Below, one piece after another: positions 1 through 15,969 of a stretch of DNA of 64,000 bases. The notes beneath the pieces are model-generated. The model had not been told where the DNA came from. It searched no databases and worked only from the letters and a program-made list of their open reading frames with translations. Made by a program: the position numbers and the translations under genes. Within the stretch, counting starts at the first letter, position 1; each line of letters starts with the position of its first letter. The stretch comes from Octopus sinensis (Eukaryota), in contig NC_043004.1 of assembly GCF_006345805.1 (NCBI RefSeq), forward strand, positions 44,206,001-44,270,000, in the 5' to 3' direction.

Positions 1-3000
1 AGTAAATATCTAATATTACTCATTGAATTTACCTGTGGTAGATGACTGATTGGTTTGTTGTTGTGTTACTGAGAAAATTCAAGGAGTTAATAGCTAGTCA
101 TTATAATTTGTTAGAGCTGAATTGCACTCATACAGATATATGTTTATTCAAGAGGTACTGAATGTACAACAAGAGCACCATCAATATTAAAGCAGCTTTA
201 AAATATGTGGCAGGAAGAGGACGAATGCTCTTGAATACAATCTCGATGAAACATCATAAGTTATTATACTAAGACGATTGGCCCCTGCTCTTTTTTGGCT
301 TTGCAAGGAATCAAAAATCATCTTTTGGTTTCTGACACAAACAAACAAACAGGCACAGCACGAAGGTACATACGTATAAGGAATCAAATTGACAAATAAT
401 CAAGAGAAATTTAGAATGAGTGTTTATTGAAGAGAAAAAGAATAAGAAAAAAACTGCCAAAATGGATTTTTATTGTGACCAAATTGTTAACAAGTACTGT
501 AATATAAGATAATATTTATCATGAACAGTTATTTTAGATACTATCTAATAAGGACTGATGCCAAGCATTCCATATCTGTATTCCATACTTTTATGCTTAC
601 AAAAACTCTTCGTTCAGCACTTTTATACCGCTCATTTGTCAGTCAGTATAGATTGCTTGTTCCAGACAAACTAGTTTTGAATGGGAATTTATCTCTTGGG
701 CGAGGTCTTCACATGAAAACTATTTTTGTTTTTTGCACTGGAAGAAAAAGAAAATAAAGTCATTTTTGAACAGAAGCACAAAAACGCAAAGCTTAGAATA
801 ATTAGAAATGGATTGTTAATGGCATCAGCATAATCGATTAAGAGTTTTCAATGGCTAGTTTTGGCACATTGAGCAGTATTGTTGTAAATTGATTCAACAT
901 TGGTACAAGGCCAAATATTTTAATCCACCTAGTATTTCATTTACATAATTTTATCGACAGATACAGGATGTCTAACATGGCAAATTCGGCCACGGTGGGA
1001 TTTCATCTGAGAATGTAAATGGATGTCACAACATAACATTTCTGCAAGCTACAACCGTTTATGTTGAATATTAATATCAAATCAATGGAGAATTATGTCT
1101 GAGGTCAATGTATACTTCTTTAGGGGAAAAGAGAAAAGCGTAATATTCAGATGGACATTGAAACAAGGCTGTTTCTTGTTGATTTAACTCATGTTCTAAA
1201 TGTGTTAGTCACATTTCGAATATTAATAAAGTTCAAATTCCTATATAAAATTAATATGTATTAAATTGGTAATGCACCAAACGACAGAATTATGGAGTTT
1301 ATAAAGTTTAATCTACTATGATCAACAGGCAGATATCTACGATGTATTGTACCATGAAGACTAAAAACAGACGAAATCCACTTTCGCCTTCTCTGGTGAC
1401 GTCATGAAAGAACAATAACGCAATATGGTCCACTAGACGTTTATGGCATCATTTTATTTTTTTATTCTTCTTTCTTATCATTACTTCCTATAATGAGCAT
1501 CAGTTTCTTCGACCATTCATTACTCAATCATATTAAAAGAATCATATGACTAAAATAATCAAGATACAAAGACACATAGTTAAAATAGGATATATTCGTG
1601 CTTATAATATTAACTCCCAATTCTATATTCATCCAGTTCATTCGTTGGTGCAATTTGCCTGTAATAAGTATTAACAATTTGCGGTTAGAAAAGACAAGAA
1701 AATAAGAAGAATTAAATAGAAAATAGCTGATAACCTCTTCTATTACTCATTTCAAAGTGTACATACTTTCTTTGTCCATACAAAACCGGATACCAGTTCA
1801 TCGTAAAAACAAGACTGCCATGGATGTCATGTTATCATCAGAACACTTAATAAGCAAGTAAGAAGATAGTGCTTTTTTCGTGAATGGTTTAATCATCAGT
1901 AATTGGGTGATAGATTAATTCAGCCGATTCTTTGCAGTTTTGCTCTCTTGAACTATCGAAGGATTCCTATGCACAAGTTAAGGAAAGTTACACTCTTCTC
2001 ATTACAAACTTTTATCTTCTAGGATTATATGGAATTGAGGTTTGACTCCAGGAAAAATATTCTAATCCAGAATTGTTTTACTCGAACTATGCACCGCACT
2101 ATTTCTTTTGTTTTGTAAAACTCAAATGTTTATCAGATAAGGGTATCATGAACGCTTGATAACAAACATATCTCACTTCGCTGTAAGACCAGCTAGATAT
2201 TACAATCAAACCCCTCTTTTAACATACTCACCTATCTTACATGGAATTATATTAAATAATACAGTATCAACCATCTCATTAACAACAGTATAAATCCGAC
2301 TAGAATGCCCTTGGATAATTCTCTCTTTGCATTGATCTGAATGTACGCAAAAATGAGAATGAAGGTTACTGAGCGGGATGGTTCCGCGTGTAGCGGAAAT
2401 AAGTGAAGTCTCAGAGAATATTTGCAAAGGATATTTTTTTATTCGTCCCTATTGCATTTAAATGCAAGACGTTAATATTTTCTAGTATTGCGAAAAATTC
2501 CTTTATGTGGTATTATTTTTCAGTGAGTTGCTGAGTTCAGTCGCCTAAGGGAATTATTATATTTAGTTTGCTGTTAATTAATGAGTTTATCATGTTTGAG
2601 TAATATGATTCTCCTAACGATGTCGTTTTCAACCAAATACTGTTGGTTAGAACCAAAGTTTCAAAGAATTTACCAAGAATAATATAAAATGAGTTTCAAA
2701 ATTATGTGTAATTCCTTTATCTCTGTTAATCACAAATTCATCGATGTAAGAACAGATTTTTCTTCACTTAGGTTTCTGACACACTACATACTGGCATTTC
2801 AAAATAGAAAATGTTCTCCTCGAACATGACCTGAAATATTGCTGGATGCCTTTTACTATCTGTCTTTCATCATAACATTCCCTCTTTCTTCCTGCTATAA
2901 ATAAGGAGTGATGTAATATAAATTCAAACTTTAGAACTATTATAATGACATATTGACTACAGACTAAGCGGATACGCAATCGATATATATGTTCTAATAG

Positions 3001-3311
3001 TCTTGGTATAATTCTGTCCGAAAAGCAGTGATTTTGAATTTTGAATAAATCTATACGTGTTTCCACATACTCACAACCGTAATCCTCACAGCCTTTTTAA
3101 AAATAACTTCCTGTCTCAAATTACTATGGCATCATTCGAAAGAATTTCGCTTCTATATCTATCGGTTAGATTTCATTTTTGTCAATTAGTTCACTGTAAC
3201 AAGGTGACGCTAAATCACAAACTTCAGCAATCAGGCAGTGCGTCACATAATTCGGAGATTTTAAAGCGGTTATTATTTGATATTTGTGTGTCTGTTAAGG
3301 TAAATATATTA

Positions 3312-3679
3312 TACTACCAGTATCACCCGGCGTTGCTTTAGAATTGAAAGTTTCGAAAAGTAAAAATTTTGCATTATGTAGCTTGATATTCTCTTTAAGT
3401 GAACATTTTTCTGGTTGAAATACACGAAAAATGGCGACAGTCAAAAAATCGTAAAGAAATAGGGATTTTCATAGAAAAAGCACCTTTTCGATGTAAATAA
3501 TTTTTGGTGTTAACATGGTCCGATTTGAATGTTTTTGTCTACGGAAGGAAGAGCAAGCTTTCTTCTATCATACTCTCAATTTTGGTCAACTTGCGCCGCA
3601 GGGTCTCGGAGGAGATAGTGTTAGTTGAAGGCTACCAAACCTGCCATACACAGACAAATTCAGCTTTATATATATAGAT
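3312..3679 (+). mobile_element. Non-autonomous Helitron/Helentron-like element (tentative)
   Basis: Starts ATACTACCAGTATCACCCGGCGTTGC and ends GGAGGAGATAG...CAGCTTTATATATATAGAT. No TIR or TSD seen. The next element has the same terminus. Class assignment is by resemblance only. Confidence 0.45.
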
Positions 3680-4131
3680 AATTGGTATGTGTTCACAAAG
3701 TCCAAACGATTAATACGAAAAAACCCTCCAGGCTACATACCGAAAATTCATTTCTTTCCCCAATTTCTACAATGTTTGCGGCGATTCGTTTTGATATCTT
3801 GATTTTTTATTTTCCCTGCAATTTACGCATGCTTGCACGCGTGGTGAACAGAGTTCACGTCAAACAGCTGACTGAGTAAAGTTCACTATTCAATGCATGG
3901 GATAAGGCCTAAACAAACACATTATCGATTTTTGCACTTGCGAGGGGAATTTCGGAACAGAAATAACGCAGTTCAATTTTCATTTGCCTAAACTTTAAGT
4001 GACCCATTTTTGGTGGTTCTACGATTTGTTGGCTAGGAGGAGATGTGCCGGGAAGTTAAACACACACACACACACATACACACACACATATACACACACA
4101 GACCCTCAAGTTGAGTTTTATATATATAGAT
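3680..4131 (+). mobile_element. Second Helitron/Helentron-like non-autonomous element
   Basis: Ends GGAGGAGATG...(AC)n...GAGTTTTATATATATAGAT, the same 3' architecture as 3312-3679, with a different body. Confidence 0.4.
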
Positions 4132-7100
4132 ACTGTATGGATATAAAATTAGCGCCCCTATTGCGCAGGCTGTAGTCCAAACTTGCAAAGTCTGCTGGGA
4201 GTATTATGTAGAATATAGCATCAAGTCAAGTGCATAAATGTAATAAAAAATGACTATGGTCGTAATGACCCATTTAAGCCAATGGTTTCGGAAATTGTAT
4301 CATATGAGTCTATTCCTTGATTTTGAACCCACTGATATTGTTACGTATAAAAGATGGATAATTTTTTTTTTGCAAGAATAAAGTAAGATCTTTAAAATTC
4401 TTTATATTTATTGTTCTTCTGGAGAATCTTTTTATTATCCGTCTATTGACGGAGAGTTCAATGAGTACTTTTGAGATTACTGTTACATTACTTGATTTCG
4501 TTTAATATTGATAGTTTAGTATTGATAGATATTAGAGCAGATATAATGAAATAAATTAGTAAAGCAAAGCTGTGGAAATCAGTGAAATTATTGGCATCAA
4601 TATTTACATAGGTGCGTTTGGGTAGAATTATATTGAAAAAGAATCTCTTCATCTCTTGCGGTCAAGAATGTAGTTATAATGATCTTTCATCTTTCGCAGC
4701 CAAGTAGTTTTTTTTTCAATAAATATAACTGTGTTGTAATATAATAAACTGTGTAGCGGAAGAGATCAGCTTTTCGAGCAAATACTCCTGCAAAGTTACT
4801 TATCTTTTGAATTCATTGATTCTACATAACTTACAACATACTTATTTCAAGTTCTGGCAAGTTCTTTTTCACATAACATTTTTCAGAGGTTAACAACATA
4901 AATGAACTAGTGAGGTATCGATTTCGAATAGATTAACTAATTAACTAAACGCATATCACATAATACGTGACCCTGTGTCAAGTTAGAATTCACATCATAA
5001 TTAGTGGTACTCTATATTCCGAAGGAATAATATCTTTAGATGTTCTAAATGCTCAGCTTCAAAGCCGTGGTCATGCTGGGACATTATTTCCCTCGATTCT
5101 ATGATAATCTGGAAAATACATTAAATAGTAATAAGACTTTCTGGAAATCAGTCGATTATCACAGAGAAAATAGTTCAAGAAAAAAAATCTATGATTTCAT
5201 TAAATGTTTCTTATAGGAAAGTTGCGTGATGATAGATTGTATATCTCTAAAACATAGATATTCATGAGTGAATATAATCACGGACTGAACTAACACATAT
5301 CTCTGAAATGGTATTTCAAGATCTTTTGATCAAGAGTGTAAAACGTACAAAATCAATTAGGGAAATTCTGCATGCTTGTTATGAATTGATTAAGCCTCAA
5401 AGCTGCACAAATTATCTGATTTTCATTTTAACTTGTAAGGTATATTTCTATTCGATGTGATCAACCTGAAGGATTTGAAATGCACTGAACAGCTTATGAT
5501 TTCAGGAATTCTTTGTGCTAAAATATGCACCACCTTGCTGTAACTCGTGTATCTGGATTAATTATGATTCTGACGAAATAAAAATAAAATTAAATAATGG
5601 ACTTTTCTTTATAATTATATCATGTTCTCTCATTGCTTTAAAGCAGGAAAAGTAGTGCAAATGAGAGGAAAATTGACATTATTGGCAAAATTCTACGCAT
5701 TATTTGACCGAGCTCTTTAATTCTGAGTTCATTTTAGTCAGACATATCTTTCAACCTTTAGGTCTCATGAAAATAGAATAGAAATCAACTACTGCGCTGA
5801 TTAAATAAACCAGCCGCTTTCATTTAAAATCAGCTGGCCTTGTGATTAAACAATTATTTGGGTACAACCTTTGTGTTCTGAGTTCAACTCCCAGTGGGGT
5901 TGATTGTACGTTTTGAACATTTCAACTCTGAGAAGCAAAAAACGCCTACAGTGAAGGTATTGGTTCGACAGAATGGATTCTTCCACTTAGTAGTACTTCG
6001 ATTGAAAACAAAAAATGATCATTAGAGATAAATACATATTCATTGATAAAACCGATGTCTATTTCATCTGCACGGATTCTTGAGATCAATAAACTGTAAC
6101 GATAATAATGGTTTCTAATTTAGGTACAAGATCACTGATGTCGGTGATTGACGGGATTGATCAACATTTTGATAACAAGGAAGGGATTAATAAACAGATT
6201 TTTGAAATTCAGTGATGCTACATAACATTCTTAGTTGAAATTCTGCCAAGTTCCTTTTCACATTACATTAATAGCAGAAATGTACCTGTGAGGTAACAAT
6301 GTCGAGGGGATGAAATTTGTTAATTACAATTCCCACGACCCTTGACTGCTATATTATTGACTGATTTCAATTTTATCCAACCGGCAATGATGAGAGGTAT
6401 GGAATTCCAACGCCAAACTGTGCTTTATATTGAATATCCGCTTATATTTTCGCGGAAGCTTATTACGATTAACCTTTTATTAAATAAGAAGAAATATACA
6501 GTATTTTTAAATTATGTGTTGACAAACAACAGTCTGTCGTTAAAAGTATATTTATTTTCTTCTATAAAATCAATTAACTCATGGTCTATCATGAAATATT
6601 CTTAAGGTCAAACGAAATATAATCTCATATATAGAATTTGTTAATAAAGCGCTCTTATACAAAACATTTTTATTGCAAAATTAAATATCTATATAAACAA
6701 AAATATTTTTAAATCAATGTGTTCATCACGAAATCCATTTGCAACAAGATTAAATTTTGTTTCAATATGGAAAATATGGATTGCAATAGAACTGGCTATA
6801 GAATATAAAATTACATTTCCCAGATATACATAATGAAAAACGTTGCTCTTTTCTATGTTGGCAATGCAACAAACGCTCTTTTCCGTGATTTATTTAGAGG
6901 GCTGAGATTGGAAGAACATATATGGCTATATTTAGTTTTATTCTTCTCTATTCGAATTTCTTAAACCAACAATGTCGACTTTAATTTTCACTGATGAAAA
7001 TATAAGTGGAAGATATCTTCTCTGGACATATTTATAAAACTGCTATTGTCAGAAAATGTAACCAGCATATTGGGTAATGCTAATGATTGCACATTTCTGT

Positions 7101-8825
7101 TGGTTATTAAACTATTGTAAAAAGAAGGGACAGTATATCAGTTATAAAGAAGTTTAAATGAAGCTCATCTATATTGCAGGGTTTATGAAGCGTAGCTATT
7201 TTCTCTAAGTCTAATGGTTAATTCTGTTGCTAACTGTGTGGTGGGGAGATATGTTTCTCTTGAGATTGACAGAATCAAAAGGATTTCAAAACTTATAAGA
7301 CGTTCCAGCTTAAAGTTACTACAAAATCACATAAAAATAGATTTAATAGAAATAGGTTTCTCATCAGTACGTCTCTCTATACTTGTTATCGATCTTACAA
7401 GCCAATTTTGCTACATATGGTGTGTAATGTATGTACTATTATTTGTTAATATATGCGCCGGCGTTGCCGTATGGTAAAAGCTTGCTCCCTAACCACATGT
7501 TCACGGGTTCAAACGACTCTCATCTCTGTGTGCATAGGATTCATCTTTATTTCAATGCAACTACTCTAGGTGTCTCCACGGTAGACGACTATGAGCCGCT
7601 CTGGCCAATTATCTTTCATATCGCAAAACACGATCGTTAAATAAAAGGCACCGACTATGTAGCCTTCATATTAATCAAACAGAGATGGTTCTGAATTTTA
7701 AATCTGCTAATTCAGATTTTGCCCTGGGGTAAACAACAAAATCGCATTATGTTATAGAATTTTCGAATCACTGAAATCAAAATATATTACAACTTCACAT
7801 GGCAATTAAAAACGATATGAAATTGACTGAATTCAGTAAAAAGGAAAAAAAAAAAAAACAAAAGATAATTATATTTAATTAAACTCCATTATTATTATAT
7901 TGTTTTTGTTTTTGAAATGACGTAAATTTTGTTTCTTACATTGTTCTAGCCACATATCTTCGTATTAAAACACAAATATACCTAAAGCAATATGCTAAAT
8001 ATTTTCAATTTACAGACATTTTTTCGATTATAATGTATAATTTTCTTAGAAATAAAAGTATGTCAAATTTTTTTCTTGTCGGGTAGAAATTGTCCGATTA
8101 ATATAAAAATGATATGAATTAGAAAAAATATGTATAACAGTAAAACGAAGAATAACAATAAATATGATATAAAAGATGTTATCTGACGTGTAATATAACA
8201 CTACACTCTAATAAATACAATATCACCTGAAACTATTGAGACTAACAAAAAACATTATATTTTGCATAATGCTCATAATAACGTTTTAAATTAAAATGTG
8301 AATAAAAATCCCACAGATATCGTTGGAATTACAATTTTTTTGGCATTGGCTTATCTATACCACTTTCCTAGCTATACCGGCACAAGCGTAAGGAAGATGT
8401 GTCTCCCATAATTTCGGTTTGCTCCGTTCGTCTCGTTGTCTGTTACAAAATTTATACATATGATGTTATATATACTCTCTGCTTTAATGGAAATGATTTC
8501 ACTTAAAATACCTGCATGATTTGTTTACTCAACCTCCTTTGGATGGAAGGAGGAAAGCTTCCGTCTCATTGACAATGCTCATATGTTACTCCTTATTTCT
8601 CACAAGCATTTGTAACAGATTGCGATAGAGTGTCTTCAGAAGAATATGCTATAAGAAGTTTCCATTTTCAACACGATTTTTTTTCTTTTTAATGAACGTT
8701 TATGAAGAAAATCGTTTCGTTATTCATATCTATTTAGGTGGTGCTATGCCGATGTAACGATGTTGTCAAACATGTTGTATGGAAGGAAGGAAGGGAGGAA
8801 GGAAGGAAAGAAGGAAAGAATGCAG

Positions 8826-9140
8826 ACACCCCCTTGGTCACAAATGACCATGGGAGTAAACCTACAATGTTCCCCTTCGAAGCATAAATCTGGAAAACGT
8901 TTTCTTGTGGAATACTACCAGCCGCCCATTCATACCCATACCTCTTATCCACGCCACCTATGTTATCCAAATGAAATGCAAAGGCCGTTACAGCTTGGAA
9001 CCACGACGCCGCAACTCATTTATTTCTACAGCTGAGTGAAATGGAGTAACATGAAAATAAAGTGTTTTGCTCAAGAATGCAACACACAACCCAGTCCGAG
9101 AATCGAACCTGATGCCCTAACAACGGAACCATGCGCTTTC
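8826..9140 (-). mobile_element. tRNA-derived SINE, family B (diverged)
   Basis: The reverse complement aligns by eye with the family B copy at 15371-15713 (CTCAGCTGTAGAAAT..GAGTTGCG, CCCATGGTCATT..TGACC.AAGGGGG). The head has GGTTCGATTCTC (B box-like). Confidence 0.75.
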
Positions 9141-9529
9141 ACTTGTTATATATGAAGCCGCATTTTCCTTCTGGGTCTTATTTTTCTCTTGATTGTCTGT
9201 CATGTGCTTGTGTGATCATGCACATTTGTTTTACATTCTACATACTGTAATCGTTCTGAGAGTTGAATTCAGAGAAAACGAAACGACTGTATTCTTTGGA
9301 AGGAAAGGGTTGAAGTTATGCATTAAATTTAGATACTAAAATCCCACGTTCTTTAAATCCCGTGGGAGTAAATTTTCAAAAAAATTCTTAAGAAATGACC
9401 TTCTATTAAATAAAATACAAATTGAAAATGACATCCTTCAAAGAACACTCGCAACAGAATTTTAGCAAGGCTAACAAAATGTCAGCGAGAAATAGTGATA
9501 ATGACAATAAGAATAAAAGCAACTATTTG

Positions 9530-9830
9530 AAGATGAAGAAAAAGAAGAAAAGAAATAGGAGAGAACAAGATGGAGTTGGAGAAGAACATAGGAAGAAGAG
9601 GAACAAGTGGAAAGAAGATGAAGAAGAGGAAAGAGGAGAAGAAGAAGAAGAAGAAGAAGAAGAAGAACTTGAAGAAGAAGATAAAGAAGAAGACGAAGAA
9701 GAAGAAGAAGAAGAAGAAGAAGAAGATAAAGACGAAGACGAAGAAGAAGAAGAAGAAGAAGAAGAAGAAGAAGAAGAGAAGAAGAAGAAGAAGAATCAAA
9801 AGATAGAGAAGGAGGACAGGAGCGGCAGCA
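9530..9830 (+). repeat. (GAA)n-rich polypurine tract
   Basis: Long imperfect GAA run. It generates the poly-E/K/L/F ORFs in the track. Confidence 0.95.
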
Positions 9831-10009
9831 GCAGAGCAAGGGGTGGAGGGTGACGATAGGAATGGAAATAGTGAAATGATAAAAATACTGACAGTAGGAT
9901 ACAGAGCCAAAGACGAAAGGATTATGCTTTCAACAGATGATATGTGTCTTCTCTCTAAAAAACATCAAACGAAGTATTATACATGTAGTAACAAGAGAAT
10001 AGGTAGAGA

Positions 10010-10460
10010 TGTGTCCAGCATCTAATAACACTATTCTCTATCTACCAAGTCTTAGCTAAGAGAGAAATACCAATATACACAGGAAGCTGTGCCAACAATA
10101 TGAAATACATACTTAAATGACTTGGTACAAAATTTCAGAGAGTTGACAATGAGATCGTACGCAAACTTATGTCAATACACACAAGTAAGATTTTCAAGCT
10201 TCATCGACCAGATGTTGTTATCATGGTTTTCTATAATGAAATATCAGTCTCAACAGTTGATAAAGGATGTATTAAACAAATCAAGAAATTATTCAAACTT
10301 TCTGGAGACAGTGATAAGCGCTGAAAACAGTAAAGACCCTATGAAAATTGGTACGTTGAAAAGAAACTTGCATCTAAAAAATATAAGACAAACACACCTG
10401 AAATTTACAAACATAAAAAAAGATTTAAATGTCGAAGGTACGCAGCAATAAATAATAAGC
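10010..10460 (+). mobile_element. Decayed 3' end of an R4/Dong-like non-LTR retrotransposon (restriction-like endonuclease domain)
   Basis: Across frameshifts it reads HLIT..LAKRE / IHRKLCQQYEI.T..TWY / IHTSK..LHRPDVVI (RPD at 10205-10213) / PMKIGTLKR / ..EGTQQ, then TAATAATAATAA. This matches the HW.LC..Y, RPD, P..IG.LG, LLGTA order of R4-clade RLE domains. Confidence 0.6.
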
Positions 10461-10784
10461 AGGAGCAACAATGCCAAGATGTATCGGTTTGGTCAATGGT
10501 AATTCGATCGTTTGTAGTTATCTATATATAGATGTATGAGTTTCAGGATCGAAAGTAACCAGTGTGTGTAAGTCTATGTAAGGCAAAGATGAATAAATGC
10601 GATTCATAGTGAACGGAAACGGCTATTGATGGGTCACGAGGAAGGTCGGGTTCAGTTTGAAAATGTGTGATTACTTCCAAAGCCGCCTTCGCGCAATTCG
10701 TCAGACAAGTGATATGGAATATCGGAAGTATTATCAAGAGCGTTAGTGTGATAGATGACTTAGGAAATTTTTGCCTGATGACGG

Positions 10785-11177
10785 CGTGTTAAGTAGCTTG
10801 TTTACAAAACACATGGTTCCGGGTTCAGTCCCACTGCGTCGCACCTTGGGCAAGTGTTTTCTACTATAGCCTCGGGCCGACCAAAGCCTTGTGAGTGGAT
10901 TTGGTAGACGGAAACTGAAAGAAGCCCGTCGTATATATGTCATATAAATATATATACGTGTGTGTTTGTGTGTCTGTGTTTGTCCCCCTAGCATTTCTTG
11001 ACAACCGATGCTGGTGTGTTTATGTCCCCGTCACTTACCGGTTCGGCAAAAGAGACCGATAGAATAAGTACTGGGCTTACAAAAGCATAAGTCTCGGGAT
11101 CGAGTTGCTCGATTAAAGGCGGTGCTCCAGCATGGCCGAAGTCAAATGACTGAAACAAGTAAAAGAGTAAAGAGTAA
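10785..11177 (+). mobile_element. tRNA-derived SINE, family A (CORE-like; resembles octopus OR SINEs), 5'-clipped
   Basis: GGTTCAGTCCC B box-like motif, CORE-like ACCTTGGGCAAGTG, central microsatellite and 3' tail GAAACAAGTAAAAGAGTAAAGAGTAA. Homologous to copies at 14539, 14904, 29340, 46193 and 54445. Confidence 0.85.
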
Positions 11178-11891
11178 GTTGTTATTTAACAGAGTATATA
11201 ACATTGGTTCAGGTACACCTACATTTTCAAGCAACCTAGCTGGTGCGTAAAGAAATGCATGCATGTGTAGTTATAGTAGAATTGCATGGACAGATAGTAA
11301 TTCACACTAAAGGAACAGAGATAGTCAGACGTTCCAGGCTATACGTAGTTCAGATCATATTGAAGGTGGGGACTTCCACATATGATATTGCATACACTCC
11401 GGTATTGGGTCTGTAAGAGGTGTACGGGGTGCGTAGCAATGATGATTGTTGCGGTTGTGCTTTTATCGGAAATTAAATAGGTTAGCGATCTCGTTTAGGT
11501 CCATGTGTCGGTGGAAGCATAGAGGAAGCGTGAATACCGTCCGTAGCCGGGTAAATTATAGACTCATTAGTGGAGGTAGAGCTAGATACTTGCTTAAGGG
11601 GTTGTAGTGTCATAGTATCTAATATGTCCTACCTTGTTTAATTTGGTATGACACTTTAACAAACTAAGTGGTTATGAAGTTCTAATGAGGCAGTTCTTCA
11701 TCATGTCATCAGCATTTCAGCTCCTTTTAAAATGGAACGTATCTTGTAACAGAATATTAAGCAAACAATAGGGACAAGTTACCTTAATCATTATCGCATC
11801 TATATATCCTTCGACTGCTGTTTCTAACAGACTAAGTGATCCAGCAGAGGGTCTCACTGCTCTCATAAAATGTTTCCCATTCTCTGCTAGT

Positions 11892-14194
<2,303 letters not shown>

Positions 14195-14370
14195 AAGTAT
14201 ATCGTACGACTCTGTACACTAGGTAAATGCTGTAACGGATGACCAGGGCTCCAAGGTTATACCCGAGACGGTAGTTATGGCGACAGTATAGATTTCCGAT
14301 AGAGCGGATATATAAATTATTTACATTTTTTACATTTGACATATATTTGTCCACACCTTGTTTATTTTTA

Positions 14371-14415
14371 ATACAACGCTTCGGCTGATAAACCCTCCAG
14401 CCTTCATCAGGTGTC
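14371..14415 (-). ncRNA. Minimal type I hammerhead ribozyme, degenerate (Penelope-type)
   Basis: Minus strand reads GACAC-CTGATGA-A-GGCTG-gagggtttat-CAGCC-GAAG-CG-TT-GTAT. Stem II is a perfect 5 bp. GAAA is mutated to GAAG and stem I is imperfect. Confidence 0.7.
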
Positions 14416-14474
14416 TTAATGAAATTTCGAACCTGACTTCTCATTCCTATGGTATCTTTTGATGTTGTTATTAC

Positions 14475-14538
<64 letters not shown>

Positions 14539-14809
14539 GGCGTAGGAGTGGTTGTGTGGTAAGTAGCTTGCTTACGAATCACATGGTTCCGGGTTCAGTC
14601 CCACTGCGTGGCACGTTGAGCAAGTGTCTTCTACTATAGCCTCGGGCCGACCAAAGCATTGTGAGTCCCCGTAATTTAGCTGTTCGACAAAGGATACCGG
14701 TAGAATAAGTACGAGGCTTACAAAGAATAATTCCTGGAGTCGATTGCTCGACTAAAGGCGGTGCTCCAGCATGGCCACAGTCAAATGACTGAAACAAGTA
14801 AAAGAGTAA
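14539..14809 (+). mobile_element. SINE family A, internally deleted copy 1
   Basis: Full head GGCGTAGGAGTGGTTGTGTGG...GGTTCAGTCCC and tail GTAAAAGAGTAAAA. It lacks the central segment present in 10785-11177. Confidence 0.9.
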
Positions 14810-14828
14810 AAACTAATTTTTATTAATA

Positions 14829-14890
<62 letters not shown>

Positions 14891-14903
14891 TATTATTATT
14901 ATA

Positions 14904-15174
14904 GGCGTAGGAGTGGTTGTGTGGTAAGTAGCTTGCTTACGAATCACATGGTTCCGGGTTCAGTCCCACTGCGTGGCACGTTGAGCAAGTGTCTTCTACT
15001 ATAGCCTCGGGCCGACCAAAGCATTGTGAGTCCCCGTAATTTAGCTGTTCGACAAAGGATACCGGTAGAATAAGTACGAGGCTTACAAAGAATAATTCCT
15101 GGAGTCGATTGCTCGACTAAAGGCGGTGCTCCAGCATGGCCACAGTCAAATGACTGAAACAAGTAAAAGAGTAA
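14904..15174 (+). mobile_element. SINE family A, internally deleted copy 2 (identical duplicate)
   Basis: Appears identical to 14539-14809 at a 365-bp offset. The ORFs 14579..14797 and 14944..15162 are identical. Confidence 0.9.
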
Positions 15175-15217
15175 AAACTAATTTTTATTAATATTTTTAT
15201 TATTATTATTATTATTA

Positions 15218-15261
<44 letters not shown>

Positions 15262-15370
15262 TATTATTATTATCATTATTATTATTATTATCATTATTAC
15301 TATCATCATCATCATTATTATTATTATTATTATCATTTTCATTATTATCATTATTATCATTATTAGGGAA

Positions 15371-15713
15371 GGCGCATGGCTCAGTGGTTAGAGCGTCGAG
15401 CTTACGATCGTGAGGTTGTGAGCTCGAATCCCGGACCGGGCTGCGTGTTGTGTTCTTGAGCAAGACACTTTATTTCACGTTGCTCCAGTTCACTCAGCTG
15501 TAGAAATGAGTTGCGACGTCACTGGTGCCAAGCTGTATCGACTTTGTCTTTCCCTTGGATAACACTGGTGGCGTGGAGAGGGGAGGCTGGTATGCATGGG
15601 CGACTGCTGGTCTTCTATAAACAACCTTGCCTGGACTTGTGTCTAGGAGGGTAACTTTCTAGGTGCAATCCCATGGTCATTCATGACCGAAGGGGGTCTT
15701 TACCCTTACCCTT
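15371..15713 (+). mobile_element. tRNA-derived SINE, family B, apparently full length
   Basis: A box TGGCTCAGTGG, B box GCTCGAATCC, CORE-like TTCTTGAGCAAGACACTT and tail TTTACCCTTACCCTT. Embedded in an (ATT)n array. Confidence 0.85.
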
Positions 15714-15719
15714 TATTAC

Positions 15720-15771
<52 letters not shown>

Positions 15772-15969
15772 ATTATTATTCAGATCACTGCCCGGAATCG
15801 AATCTAGGGATTAGTTGCCCACGAAATAAAGAACCTCTTGATTATTTTCATACAATATATTCTTATTCGCTATTTTCTGATATATCTTATTTTATCCTTA
15901 ATGCGAATCCTTAATTTCCTCCCTCACTCTCTGCCTCTCTTTCTATTTATTTCTTTTTCTTTTTTTACC

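Noticed and set aside
9422-9910. Long poly-E/K/L/F ORFs on both strands
   Set aside because: Translations of a (GAA)n tract, open in several frames and both strands, with no other coding evidence.
11826-11874. Possible decayed minus-strand hammerhead (AACA-ttttatga-GAGCAG/CTGCTG-gatc-ACTtAGT-C-TGTT)
   Set aside because: Stems are suggestive, but both conserved core boxes need several changes, so it cannot be supported.
15371-15445. tRNA-like sequences with A and B boxes
   Set aside because: They are SINE heads continuous with SINE bodies and lack a full cloverleaf, so they are not tRNA genes.
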